Source: an uncultured Coriobacteriaceae bacterium (lineage in GTDB: Bacteria > Actinomycetota > Coriobacteriia > Coriobacteriales > CADBOM01). From it: 52,397 bases of DNA. Shown here piece after piece: positions 17,385 through 26,528 of the stretch. The DNA lies in assembly GCA_964428485.1 (NCBI GenBank), contig CAYRYP010000002.1, forward strand, positions 1,831-54,227, read 5' to 3'. The translations under genes were made by a program, and so were the position numbers. The notes below the pieces were generated by a model, which saw only the letters and a list, made by a program, of their open reading frames with translations, did no database searches and had not been told where the DNA came from. The first letter of the stretch is position 1; every line of letters starts with the position of its first letter.

Positions 17385-17471
17385 TAGGAAGACTTGCAGC
17401 ACCTCGCCATGGCGCCAGCCGGGTCCTGAGCGGGGACGAGTCTAGGTCCAGACGAGGAATAGGAGGACCAA

Positions 17472-17714
17472 GTGAACCGCGAGGAGATTCTTGAAAAGGT
17501 CGTCGAGACCATTGTCGATCAGATCGGCGCTGTTGCCTCCGAGATCGGCGAGGAGACCTCTCTGAAGGATGATCTCGAGGTCGATTCCCTAGACCTTCTC
17601 CAGATAATCACGGCTATTGAAGATGGTTTCGACATAACCATCGAGGACGACGTCTTCGAAGGGGTAGTGACCGTAGGGGACGCCGTCAGCTACATAGAGA
17701 AGCTCGTTGCATGA
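17472..17714 (+). CDS. acpP: Acyl carrier protein
   Basis: 80 aa, acidic, with the phosphopantetheine attachment motif LEVDSLDLLQI. GTG start with an AGGAGG SD. Confidence 0.9.
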   Translation: MNREEILEKVVETIVDQIGAVASEIGEETSLKDDLEVDSLDLLQIITAIEDGFDITIEDDVFEGVVTVGDAVSYIEKLVA

Positions 17715-18448
17715 CGCGCCGTCGCACCCATTTGCAGATGCCGAGCGATAAGGAGATCGCTCGGAGGGTCACCCGGGCGGAGGAGATCCTTGGGTACACG
17801 TTCAAGGACAAAAAACTTCTGATCAAGGCCTTCACGCATCCCTCTGCCGTTGAGGAGAAAAGGGTGGAGCTCTCCTACGAGCGCCTCGAGTTTCTGGGTG
17901 ACTCGTTCCTCGGGTATGTCATCGCGATGGAGGTCTACACCCGGTTCCCCCATATGGATGAGGGAAGTCTCTCTATACTCAAGCAAACCGTGGTCTCTGG
18001 GGAGATGCTTTCGGAGATCGCGCGGGAACTCGGATACGGCGACATCATCATCTTTGGAAACAGCGAGCGGAGAAGCGGAGGGCGCGGGATGAACTCGGCC
18101 CTCGAGAACGTGTTCGAGTCCGTGATCGCGGCGCTTCTGATCGATGGTGGAAGCGATGTGGCGCGTGACTGGATCATGCGCACCGTGGTGCCGCGCATTG
18201 ACCCTTCGCTGGCAAAGAGTCCCATGAACTACAAGGGGCAGCTGCAGGAGATCACCCAGTTCCACGGGTACAGCCTGGAGTACAGGCTCGTGCGGGAGGA
18301 GGGCCCGCCGCACGACTGCACATTCTTCTCCGAGGCGCTTTGCGACGGCAAGGTGATCGGCAGTGGCAGTGGACGCTCGAAGAAGGAAGCCGAGGCCTCC
18401 GCCGCGCAGAACGCCCTCGAGACCCAAGACAAGTGGCTCAAAGGTTAG
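17711..18448 (+). CDS. rnc: Ribonuclease III
   Basis: Signature ERLEFLGDSFLG, plus a C-terminal dsRBD (GSGSGRSKKEAEASAAQNAL). ATGA overlap with the acpP stop. Confidence 0.93.
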   Translation: MTRRRTHLQMPSDKEIARRVTRAEEILGYTFKDKKLLIKAFTHPSAVEEKRVELSYERLEFLGDSFLGYVIAMEVYTRFPHMDEGSLSILKQTVVSGEMLSEIARELGYGDIIIFGNSERRSGGRGMNSALENVFESVIAALLIDGGSDVARDWIMRTVVPRIDPSLAKSPMNYKGQLQEITQFHGYSLEYRLVREEGPPHDCTFFSEALCDGKVIGSGSGRSKKEAEASAAQNALETQDKWLKG

Positions 18449-18594
18449 AATACGCTTATTGGATAATCGCAGAGGCGGCCTGGAAAAGGGCGCGGGCTGC
18501 GTCTCGCCCCAGTTCTGAGTCGAGCGCGTTCCCCGTTGCCCCCATCGATGTGCCGCGACGGTGCCATGGCGCCGGTTCGTGAAACGGGATATAC

Positions 18595-21500
18595 GTGTAC
18601 CTCAAGTCGCTGGTGTTAAAGGGATTCAAGTCCTTCGCCGACCGTTCGGTCGTCAACTTCGAGCCTGGCATCTCGGCCATAGTCGGCCCTAATGGCTCCG
18701 GGAAGTCGAATATCTCTGAGGCGGTGCTCTGGGTTCTCGGGGAGCGCAAGACATCCAACCTCCGCGTACACTCTATGGAGGAGCTCATATTCTCCGGATC
18801 GTCGGCGCGCCCGGCGGCCAAGGTGGCCGAGGTCGATCTCGTTCTGGACAACTCCGACGGCACCATCCCCATCGAGTTCAACGAGGTAGTGATAACCCGC
18901 CGCTTGCACCACAACGGCGACAGCGAGTATCTCATGAACGGGGCCCCCTGTCTGCGCCGGGACATCATCGACATACTCCACGATTCGGGTATCGGCGAGG
19001 GGGTTCACTCCGTCATCACGCAGGGCAACCTCACCGCGATGATCGAGTCGCGCCCAACGGATAGAATGCATCTTCTCGAAGAGGCTGCCGGAATCCTCAA
19101 GCACAAGGAGCGCAAGGAGAAGGCTGCCCGTCAGCTCGACAGGATGGACTCCACGCTGGAGCGCGTCAGGGACGTTGTGAAGGTCATAGAATCGCAGTTG
19201 CGCCCGCTCGAGAGGCAGGCTTCGCGTGCCAAGCGGCACGAGGAGTACTCCAACGAGCTCAAGGAGATCAGCCTCTCTCTTGCCGTCGACGACCTTCGCA
19301 ACCTCCAGGTCAGATGGGAGGATCTATCTAAGAACGAGCGCGAGGTGGAGGGCGAGGCCGAGATCGCGGCGTTTAGGCTCGAAGACAAGGAGTCCGAGCT
19401 TGCCAAATGCCAGCGAGTACTGGAGCAGAAGGGCCTCTTCGTAGGCGACCTCAACGAGCAGCGCAACAGGTGCCAGTCGATCATGGCCCGCCTCGACTCC
19501 AACATGCGCATTTTGGAGGAGAAGGGCAAGAACATGGTGGAGCGTCTCTCCAACCTCAGGGGCACCATCCACTCCTCCGAGGCGCGTCTGGCTGCTGCGC
19601 GTGACGAACACGCGCAGACCGAGTCGGAACTCATGGAGACCAACGCGAAGCTGAAAGGGCTCTACTCCACCTTCAACGAGCTCAACCGCAGCTCTGAGCA
19701 GGTCACTAAGGAACGCAGCAGCGCCCAGGATGAGTACGGTGCGATGAACGCCAAGCTCCGCAACAACGAGAGCGCTCTGGCCGCCGCCAAGGACAAACTC
19801 GCCCGCGCTGAGAGCTCGCTCGAATCGCTCGACGTGGAGGAGAAGCTGCTCAAAGAGCGCATGGACCAGGTGACAGCGGAGATCTCACAGGCGCAGGACC
19901 AGCTCTCCGAGCAGCGGAAGAAGAGCGAGTTGCTCTCGGGCGACATTCTCAAGGTCCAGGGTGAGCTAACGCTCGCGCGCTCCGACATCGACAAGCGAGT
20001 GAGATTGCTCGACCAGTCCAAAAAGGAGATGAACGCAACCCGAGACAGGCTGGCCGATATCCAGGCCGAGTCGAAGGCTCTGCGCGAGATTGAGAGAGCG
20101 TTCGAGACCGCCTCTCCCGCGATGAACTGGATCACCGAGCATCAGGGCGAGTTCGCCGGGGTGGTCGGCAGGCTTTCGCAGGCCGTGACAACGCCTCCCG
20201 ACATCGAGCCGGTGCTGGAGAGGCTGCTCGGGGCCGATGTCTCGGGCCTACTCGTAGTGGACGTGAAATCCGCCAACCTCATCGCCGAGCGACTTCTCAA
20301 GAGCGGCACGTCGGGTGGTGAGGTGACATTTTTACCCATCGACATGGCCACACCGAACGACTCCGAGCTGCCCACCTGCCCGGACGGCGAGAGGTTGCTC
20401 GACCTCGTCAAGTGCGAGAGCGCCTACGAGCCGGTCATTCGAGCCCTTGTGGGCGACGTCTACGTTGCCAAGACGATCTCGCAAGCCGTGCTCTTCCACG
20501 AGCGCAACTCCGGGTGCAACGTCCGCTTTGTGACGCGCGACGGCGCCGTGGTGTGGCCGAGCGGCAAGATCACGCTGGGAGCTCAGGTTGCCGACATGGA
20601 GGGTGTGCTGTCTAGGCAGCGCAGGCTAAACGAGCTGGAGGAGGAATCCGAGTCCGCTACGGCGTTGTTGGGGGAGAAGGAGATGGCCGTCTCCGAGGCG
20701 GAGAAGGCTCTCGAGCTCGCGCAGCAGGACGGTTTCGAGCTTTCGGAGAAACTCGCCAAGCTGCAGGGGGCGTACGACTCGGCTGAGGGCGATATCAAGC
20801 GACTTGAGCAGCACGTGATGCAGTTGAACGCAAGCCGCGACCAGACGGAACTCAAGCTCAAGAGCGTCGCGGTGCGCCGTGGGCAGTCGGCGCCGCTGGC
20901 GCAGGAGTTTCGCGACAACATCGAGACGCTTACCGCCGAAATCGAGCGCATCCGCACTCAGACCGAGGAGTCGTCCAGACGCCTTTACGACATAAACCAG
21001 CAGAAGAGTGAGATCGCCGAGCGTGTGAGCTCCGCCAAAGCTGAGATGGAGGCATGTAAGTCATCCATCGAGTTCCGGCGCCGCCGCATCGAGAGCCTCG
21101 ACAAAGAGATCACCGAGCTCACGGAGACGCTAGAGGTCTCCAGTCAGACCGAGGAGTCGCTGTCGATCATCCGGCTTCGCGTCGACCCGCTCTACAAAAT
21201 CTTCGAGGAGCTCTACACCGGCATCTCCCAGTGGGCCGAGAAGCTGCAGGAGCAGGCGAGGCTCACGCAGAGCGACTCTACCTCCTTGCGTGAAATCATC
21301 GAGAAAGCCCGGGCCGAACGTGACGATGCGCGCGCCAATCAGGAGCAGGTGAATATTCGTCTGAACGAGGTGCGTCTGGAGAAGGCCAAGCTCGAGGTGG
21401 ACGTCAAGCATGCGATCGAGCGCATCGAGAAGGACAACGACACCTCGATCGAGTCTGCTCTGGAGGTTCCCTCACCGGAGGACCGAGCGCAAGCTGAGGA

Positions 21501-22194
21501 TCGCGCCGCGCGCCTTCGTCGCAAGATCGACAATTTGGGGGCCGTCAACCCCGTAGCGATGGAGGAGTTCGAGAGCCTCAAGCAGCGTCGCGACTACATT
21601 GAGTCGCAGGTGGCGGACCTCGTCGATGCGCGTAAGAAGCTCAACACGATCTCGCGGGCGCTCGACACGCGTATGAAGAGGCAATTCCGCGAGACTTTCG
21701 ACGGGGTCAACAATAGCTTTCGCAAGCTCTACGAGCAGCTTTCGCCGGGAGACACCGGCGAGCTGGTGGTGCTCGACCGCAACGACGAAGGTGATGTTGG
21801 GGTTGAGATCGTCATCCACCCGCGTGGAATGAAGCTCACCAGCCTCACGCAGCTCTCGGGTGGGCAGAGCGCGCTGGTGGCGATCGCGTTTCTGTTCGCG
21901 ATTTACATGACGCGCAACGCCCCATTCTACATACTCGACGAGATCGAGCCGTCGCTCGACGGCACCAACCTGCAGCGAGTCTGCGACCTGCTCGATTCGA
22001 TGCGCCAGTCCACGCAGCTCATCATGGTCACCCACCAGAGGCAAACGATGGAGATCGCCGACATCCTCTACGGCGTGAGCAAGCAGGCATCTGGCGCCAG
22101 CAAGATAGTGAGCCAGAAGCTCGACCAGGCCCTGCGCTCCCTCGCGGAGCAGGGGGTCGACGTCGATGGTTCTGGAGAAGGCTCCAACGGATAG
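18595..22194 (+). CDS. smc: Chromosome partition protein Smc
   Basis: 1199 aa. Walker A GPNGSGKSNISEA, long coiled coils with a central hinge, a C-terminal signature LSGGQSALVAIAF, and Walker B FYILDEIEPSLD. Confidence 0.95.
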   Translation: MYLKSLVLKGFKSFADRSVVNFEPGISAIVGPNGSGKSNISEAVLWVLGERKTSNLRVHSMEELIFSGSSARPAAKVAEVDLVLDNSDGTIPIEFNEVVITRRLHHNGDSEYLMNGAPCLRRDIIDILHDSGIGEGVHSVITQGNLTAMIESRPTDRMHLLEEAAGILKHKERKEKAARQLDRMDSTLERVRDVVKVIESQLRPLERQASRAKRHEEYSNELKEISLSLAVDDLRNLQVRWEDLSKNEREVEGEAEIAAFRLEDKESELAKCQRVLEQKGLFVGDLNEQRNRCQSIMARLDSNMRILEEKGKNMVERLSNLRGTIHSSEARLAAARDEHAQTESELMETNAKLKGLYSTFNELNRSSEQVTKERSSAQDEYGAMNAKLRNNESALAAAKDKLARAESSLESLDVEEKLLKERMDQVTAEISQAQDQLSEQRKKSELLSGDILKVQGELTLARSDIDKRVRLLDQSKKEMNATRDRLADIQAESKALREIERAFETASPAMNWITEHQGEFAGVVGRLSQAVTTPPDIEPVLERLLGADVSGLLVVDVKSANLIAERLLKSGTSGGEVTFLPIDMATPNDSELPTCPDGERLLDLVKCESAYEPVIRALVGDVYVAKTISQAVLFHERNSGCNVRFVTRDGAVVWPSGKITLGAQVADMEGVLSRQRRLNELEEESESATALLGEKEMAVSEAEKALELAQQDGFELSEKLAKLQGAYDSAEGDIKRLEQHVMQLNASRDQTELKLKSVAVRRGQSAPLAQEFRDNIETLTAEIERIRTQTEESSRRLYDINQQKSEIAERVSSAKAEMEACKSSIEFRRRRIESLDKEITELTETLEVSSQTEESLSIIRLRVDPLYKIFEELYTGISQWAEKLQEQARLTQSDSTSLREIIEKARAERDDARANQEQVNIRLNEVRLEKAKLEVDVKHAIERIEKDNDTSIESALEVPSPEDRAQAEDRAARLRRKIDNLGAVNPVAMEEFESLKQRRDYIESQVADLVDARKKLNTISRALDTRMKRQFRETFDGVNNSFRKLYEQLSPGDTGELVVLDRNDEGDVGVEIVIHPRGMKLTSLTQLSGGQSALVAIAFLFAIYMTRNAPFYILDEIEPSLDGTNLQRVCDLLDSMRQSTQLIMVTHQRQTMEIADILYGVSKQASGASKIVSQKLDQALRSLAEQGVDVDGSGEGSNG

Positions 22195-22203
22195 GGGGAG
22201 TAG

Positions 22204-23106
22204 ATGGGATTTCGCGATAGGCTGTCGCGTGGTCTCTCGAAATCGCGCGAGAGACTCAGCGAGTCTATGAACGTGCTGCTCCATCGCGGGGCGAAGCTCG
22301 ACGAGGAGTTCTGGGACAACCTGGAGGAGACCCTGATACTGGCCGACATGGGGCCCTCGGCCTCGATGGGGATAGTGGACAATCTCCGCAATGTCACGCG
22401 CAGGCAGGCGATCCCCGATGCAGAGGCCGTCAAGGAGCATCTGATCGGCGAGATCGCGGGCATGTTTGTGACGCCGGAGAGCGACATCTTCGAGAGCACC
22501 CCGGTATGTGTGCTGTTCGTCGGCATCAACGGTGCGGGCAAGACCACCACGGTGGGCAAGCTCGCCAAGGCCGGCGTGGACGGCGGCCACAACGTCTTAT
22601 TGGGCAGTGGCGACACCTTCAGGGCCGCGGCCATCGAGCAGCTGGAGGAGTGGGGACGCAGGGCCGACGTGGAGGTCGTGGAGCGTGAGCGCGGCAGCGA
22701 TCCGGCTAGTGTCTGCTACGACGTTCTCGAGCGCGCTGAGGCCAAGGGCTCCGATCTCGTTCTCATCGACACTGCGGGCCGCCTGCACACCTCCGACGAC
22801 CTCATGCGCGAGTTGGAGAAGGTGGTGTCTGTGACGCGCAAGAGGGCTACGATCCCTGTGCGCACGGTGTTGGTAATCGACGCCACCACGGGGCAGAACG
22901 GTCTTGCGCAGGCCAAGGTGTTCAACGACGCACTGTCGCTCGACGCCGTCATCATCACCAAGCTCGACGGAACCGCCAAGGGCGGGATCGCCGTTGCCAT
23001 CTCCCACGAGCTCGACTTGCCTATCGCCCGCATCGGTGTTGGCGAGCAGATCGACGACCTGCGGCCCTTCGATGCGAGGGAGTTCGCAGAGGAGCTGGTA
23101 GGGTAG
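22204..23106 (+). CDS. ftsY: Signal recognition particle receptor FtsY (short form, NG domain only)
   Basis: GINGAGKTTTVGKLA, DTAGRLH, TKLDGTAKGG. Confidence 0.93.
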   Translation: MGFRDRLSRGLSKSRERLSESMNVLLHRGAKLDEEFWDNLEETLILADMGPSASMGIVDNLRNVTRRQAIPDAEAVKEHLIGEIAGMFVTPESDIFESTPVCVLFVGINGAGKTTTVGKLAKAGVDGGHNVLLGSGDTFRAAAIEQLEEWGRRADVEVVERERGSDPASVCYDVLERAEAKGSDLVLIDTAGRLHTSDDLMRELEKVVSVTRKRATIPVRTVLVIDATTGQNGLAQAKVFNDALSLDAVIITKLDGTAKGGIAVAISHELDLPIARIGVGEQIDDLRPFDAREFAEELVG

Positions 23107-23159
23107 TCTCTTTCCCGGACATGTGCCGGGTTCTCGGATTCGAAAGGCGGGAGCTTTAG

Positions 23160-24626
23160 ATGCTCGACAATCTCTCAAGCAAGCTCCGCGGCGTACTGGA
23201 CAAGGTGAGGTCCAAGGGACGCCTGTCGGAGAGGGACATAGACGAGGCGATGCGCGAGATCCGCATCGCGCTGCTCGAGGCCGACGTCAATTTCAAGGTT
23301 GTGAAGGGTTTTGTGCTCCGCACACGCGAGAGGTGCACGACCTCGGAGGTCATGGACTCGCTAACTCCGGGGCAGAACGTCGTGAAGATCGTCCTCGACG
23401 AGCTCACGAACCTGCTGGGGTCCGACGACTCCAAGATGGTTCTACCGCAGAAGATGCCCGCGATCATCATGCTCGTGGGGCTTCAGGGATCGGGCAAGAC
23501 CACGGCGGCCGCTAAGCTCGCATACTTCCTCAAGCAGCGGGGCCACATGCCGCTTCTGGTCGCGTGCGACGTCTACAGGCCCGCCGCCGCCGATCAGCTC
23601 GAGACCCTCGGCGGCGAGATCGGCGTCAAGGTGTTCCGAGGGGACGGCAAGGATTCCGTCGGCATCGCTAGGGCATCGCTTGCCGAGGCGAAGGAGTCGA
23701 TGCGCGACATAGTTATCATCGACACCGCTGGACGCCTCCACGTCGACGACGAGATGATGGAGGAGGCCGCGGCGATTCGCGACGCAGTCGAGCCCGATCA
23801 GCTCTTCATGGTCGTGGATGCCATGACCGGTCAGGACGCCACCAACGTGGTCGCCGCCTTTGCGGAGCGCGTGGATTTCGACGGCGTGATCATGTCGAAG
23901 ATGGATGGCGACGCCAGGGGCGGTGCCGCGCTGTCGGTGCGAGAGGTCACCGGAAAGCCGATCAAGTTCATCTCGGACGGTGAGAAGCCTGACTCGTTGG
24001 AGGAGTTCCATCCCGATCGCATGGCGAAGCGCATTCTTGGGATGGGCGACATGGTGTCGATCATCGAGCGCGCGCAGCTCGCCGCCCAGGAGGAGATAGA
24101 GCAGGCGGAGGCCGAGCGTATGGCCCGCGCAGAGCTCACCCTCGACGATTTCATCATGATGAACCAGCAGCTCAAGAAGATGGGTGGTGCGACCAAGCTG
24201 CTCTCCGCCCTTCCCGGCGGAGACAAGGCTCTGGCCTCTGGGGCGATTCAGACCGATTTCTTCGACAGGGCGGTGGTCATCGTCAACTCGATGACGCGCG
24301 AGGAGAGGCGCAAGCCCGGTGTTCTAAACGGCTCGCGCAGGGCACGCGTGGCGCGTGGTGCCGGAGTGTCCGTGAGCGATGTCAACCAGCTGATCAACAG
24401 GTTCAACGAGACCAAGAAGCTTCTCAAGAAGCTGCAGGGCGACGTAAGCGGGGGAGCGGGCGGATCCAAGAAGCGCCCGACCAAGAGCGGCAAGAAAAGC
24501 CGCAAGTCCCAGAGGCGCGCGGGGAAGCGCGGAGGGGGCGGCGGCATGGGCGCGATGGGCGGCCTCTCGATGAAGGAACTCAAGAAGCTCAAGGGGATGA
24601 TGGGCGACCTCGGCGATTTCAGCTAG
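23160..24626 (+). CDS. ffh: Signal recognition particle protein Ffh
   Basis: GLQGSGKTTAAAKLA, DTAGRLH, SKMDGDARGGAAL, a Met-rich M domain, and a basic Gly/Lys/Arg tail. Confidence 0.95.
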   Translation: MLDNLSSKLRGVLDKVRSKGRLSERDIDEAMREIRIALLEADVNFKVVKGFVLRTRERCTTSEVMDSLTPGQNVVKIVLDELTNLLGSDDSKMVLPQKMPAIIMLVGLQGSGKTTAAAKLAYFLKQRGHMPLLVACDVYRPAAADQLETLGGEIGVKVFRGDGKDSVGIARASLAEAKESMRDIVIIDTAGRLHVDDEMMEEAAAIRDAVEPDQLFMVVDAMTGQDATNVVAAFAERVDFDGVIMSKMDGDARGGAALSVREVTGKPIKFISDGEKPDSLEEFHPDRMAKRILGMGDMVSIIERAQLAAQEEIEQAEAERMARAELTLDDFIMMNQQLKKMGGATKLLSALPGGDKALASGAIQTDFFDRAVVIVNSMTREERRKPGVLNGSRRARVARGAGVSVSDVNQLINRFNETKKLLKKLQGDVSGGAGGSKKRPTKSGKKSRKSQRRAGKRGGGGGMGAMGGLSMKELKKLKGMMGDLGDFS

Positions 24627-24802
24627 TTTCGGATCTGGTGTTTTGTCCGCGGCGCCTCTCTATTTCGCGCTTCGCACTCGTGCAGACCACATGCGAGTCG
24701 CATATGGGGCAATCTCGAAATCGCAAACGCGTTACATCCCCGATGCAATATCATCGGTAATTGGAATCGCAGAGATCGCCACTACTGGAATCGGGGGACC
24801 AC

Positions 24803-25771
24803 ATGAACGTCGGACAGGCACTCGAGCACGCAAACGCACTCTTCTTCCCGGAATTCATATACGCAGGGGGAGTTGAAGCGATGCAATCCGAGCGCGAGAA
24901 GAACGAGGAGGCCATCAAGGTTCTTCGTGAGGCCTGGTTCGAGCCCGAGGGCAACCCAGGCTTTCAATTCTCCGACGTCCGGGATCTGGCCGATCGTAAC
25001 CGCGAGCTATGCGATCAGATCGGCATCGATTCTATCGAGAGCCTGAATGGATCGAACCTCCCACGAGCTTTGTCCGACGTGGATATCTGCAAGGGGATCG
25101 GGGCCATGCAAGGACGCGCCGCCGGGCAGGTGGCCAAGGAGCTTGCACGTGCCGGAGGGTCGTGGGCGGTAGCCTACGCGAGTGAGAAGATCTCCGGAAT
25201 CGTGCTCGGCATAGACATCGAGACCACGAGTAGAAACCCCGATCGCGGTTACATCGTCAACGTGGGTTGGGAGACTATGGAGCTTAGGCGCGGAGCCGAG
25301 CCGGAGAACATCGTCTCGAAATTCTGCGGGATTCCCGAGATGTATGCCGAAAAGGGTGTGCCTCTGGAGAAGATCCACCATATATCCTGGGGCGACGTTG
25401 ACGGAAAGACCCCGTTTCGGGAGGACTCCGAGCTACAGGAAAACCTACTCGATTTGTTGACGACCTACCCGTTCATGGCGCACAACGCTGCGTTCGAGGA
25501 CGCCTGGTTCACTCTGCACCTCAACGGATACGCGGAGGCCAAGCGCGAGGGAAAGATCACGATCATCGATTCGCGCGACATCTGTCGCAAGCTCGACCAG
25601 GAGGTCAACTCGGCGCTGCCCTCGTCCAATCCCGCCAGTCTCGAGAACTGGGCCCGCCGCCGCGGGACGCTTGCCTGGGACGAGAAGGAGCGTCATCTCT
25701 CCCTCGAGGACACCGATCTTATGCTCAGGACCGTCATCGCCGAGCTCTCCGAGAAGAATCTGGTGATGTAG
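24803..25771 (+). CDS. DEDDh (DnaQ-like) 3'-5' exonuclease with an unassigned N-terminal domain of about 135 aa
   Basis: ExoI GIDIETTS, ExoII AHNAAFEDAWF, ExoIII H-x4-D (RHLSLEDTD). The ATG at 24803 follows a GGGGGA SD. The N-terminal third matches no family I recognise. Confidence 0.7.
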   Translation: MNVGQALEHANALFFPEFIYAGGVEAMQSEREKNEEAIKVLREAWFEPEGNPGFQFSDVRDLADRNRELCDQIGIDSIESLNGSNLPRALSDVDICKGIGAMQGRAAGQVAKELARAGGSWAVAYASEKISGIVLGIDIETTSRNPDRGYIVNVGWETMELRRGAEPENIVSKFCGIPEMYAEKGVPLEKIHHISWGDVDGKTPFREDSELQENLLDLLTTYPFMAHNAAFEDAWFTLHLNGYAEAKREGKITIIDSRDICRKLDQEVNSALPSSNPASLENWARRRGTLAWDEKERHLSLEDTDLMLRTVIAELSEKNLVM

Positions 25772-25867
25772 GCCGCGTATCCGGGGGCAAGCCGCGCTGG
25801 CGCTCAGAGCTCCCGGCGTCATCTCTCAAATCTTCTGGGCACCGCCAACTTGCCAAATGGGCAGACC

Positions 25868-26209
25868 TTAGAAGCCCTCCATCCTCTCGCCACCCACGAC
25901 GTGGATGTGGAGGTGCTTCACGGTCTGGTTTGCGTCGTCCCCAGTGTTGATGATCGTACGGAAGCCGCTCTCGCGGATCCCCATGACACCGGCCGCCTCT
26001 GGTACGGTCTTCATGAGCTTGCCGAGCACCTCTGTAGGCACATCGTCGTCGAGGCTCGCGTAGTGGCCCTTGGGAACCACCAGCACGTGGACGGGAAACT
26101 GCGGGTTGGCATCCTTGAAGACCGCGATGTCCTCGGTCTCCATGACCATGTCGGTGGGGATCTCCCCGTTGGCTATCTTGCAGAAAATGCAATCGTCCTT
26201 GACCGTCAT
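25868..26209 (-). CDS. HIT-family (HinT-like) nucleotide hydrolase
   Basis: 113 aa. CIFCKIANGEIP N-terminus and the histidine triad HLHIHVVGG. Confidence 0.88.
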   Translation of the reverse strand: MTVKDDCIFCKIANGEIPTDMVMETEDIAVFKDANPQFPVHVLVVPKGHYASLDDDVPTEVLGKLMKTVPEAAGVMGIRESGFRTIINTGDDANQTVKHLHIHVVGGERMEGF

Positions 26210-26221
26210 TCTCGCCTCCTA

Positions 26222-26515
26222 CTAGCTCAGATTCTTGTCCACATCGTCGCTCGACTCTGGCTCGATCTCTCCGAGGAGAACCGTGACCTTCTGCTCCGCC
26301 TGCGAGATCTTCTCCTGCAGCGAGCGCAGAAGCCCGACCCCGCGCTCGTAGCGCTGGAGGCTCTCTTCGAGCGCGAGTCTGCCGCTCTCGAGATCTCTGA
26401 TGATCTGCTCGAGCTCGGTGAGTCCCTGGTTGAATGTCATCTCTCCAAGGGTATCACCGTCTCCGGTGTCCTCGAAGCCCAACTGCCCCTGCATCGCGTC
26501 GTTGTCAGCTGCCAT
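26222..26515 (-). CDS. xseB: Exodeoxyribonuclease VII small subunit
   Basis: FNQGLTELEQIIRDLESGRLALEESLQRYERGVGLLRSLQEKISQAEQKV matches the XseB helical hairpin. The ATG at 26515 has a GAAGGAAGG SD and lies 13 nt downstream of the xseA stop. The ORF-track start at 26581 would overlap xseA. Confidence 0.85.
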   Translation of the reverse strand: MAADNDAMQGQLGFEDTGDGDTLGEMTFNQGLTELEQIIRDLESGRLALEESLQRYERGVGLLRSLQEKISQAEQKVTVLLGEIEPESSDDVDKNLS

Positions 26516-26528
26516 CTTTCGCCTTCCT

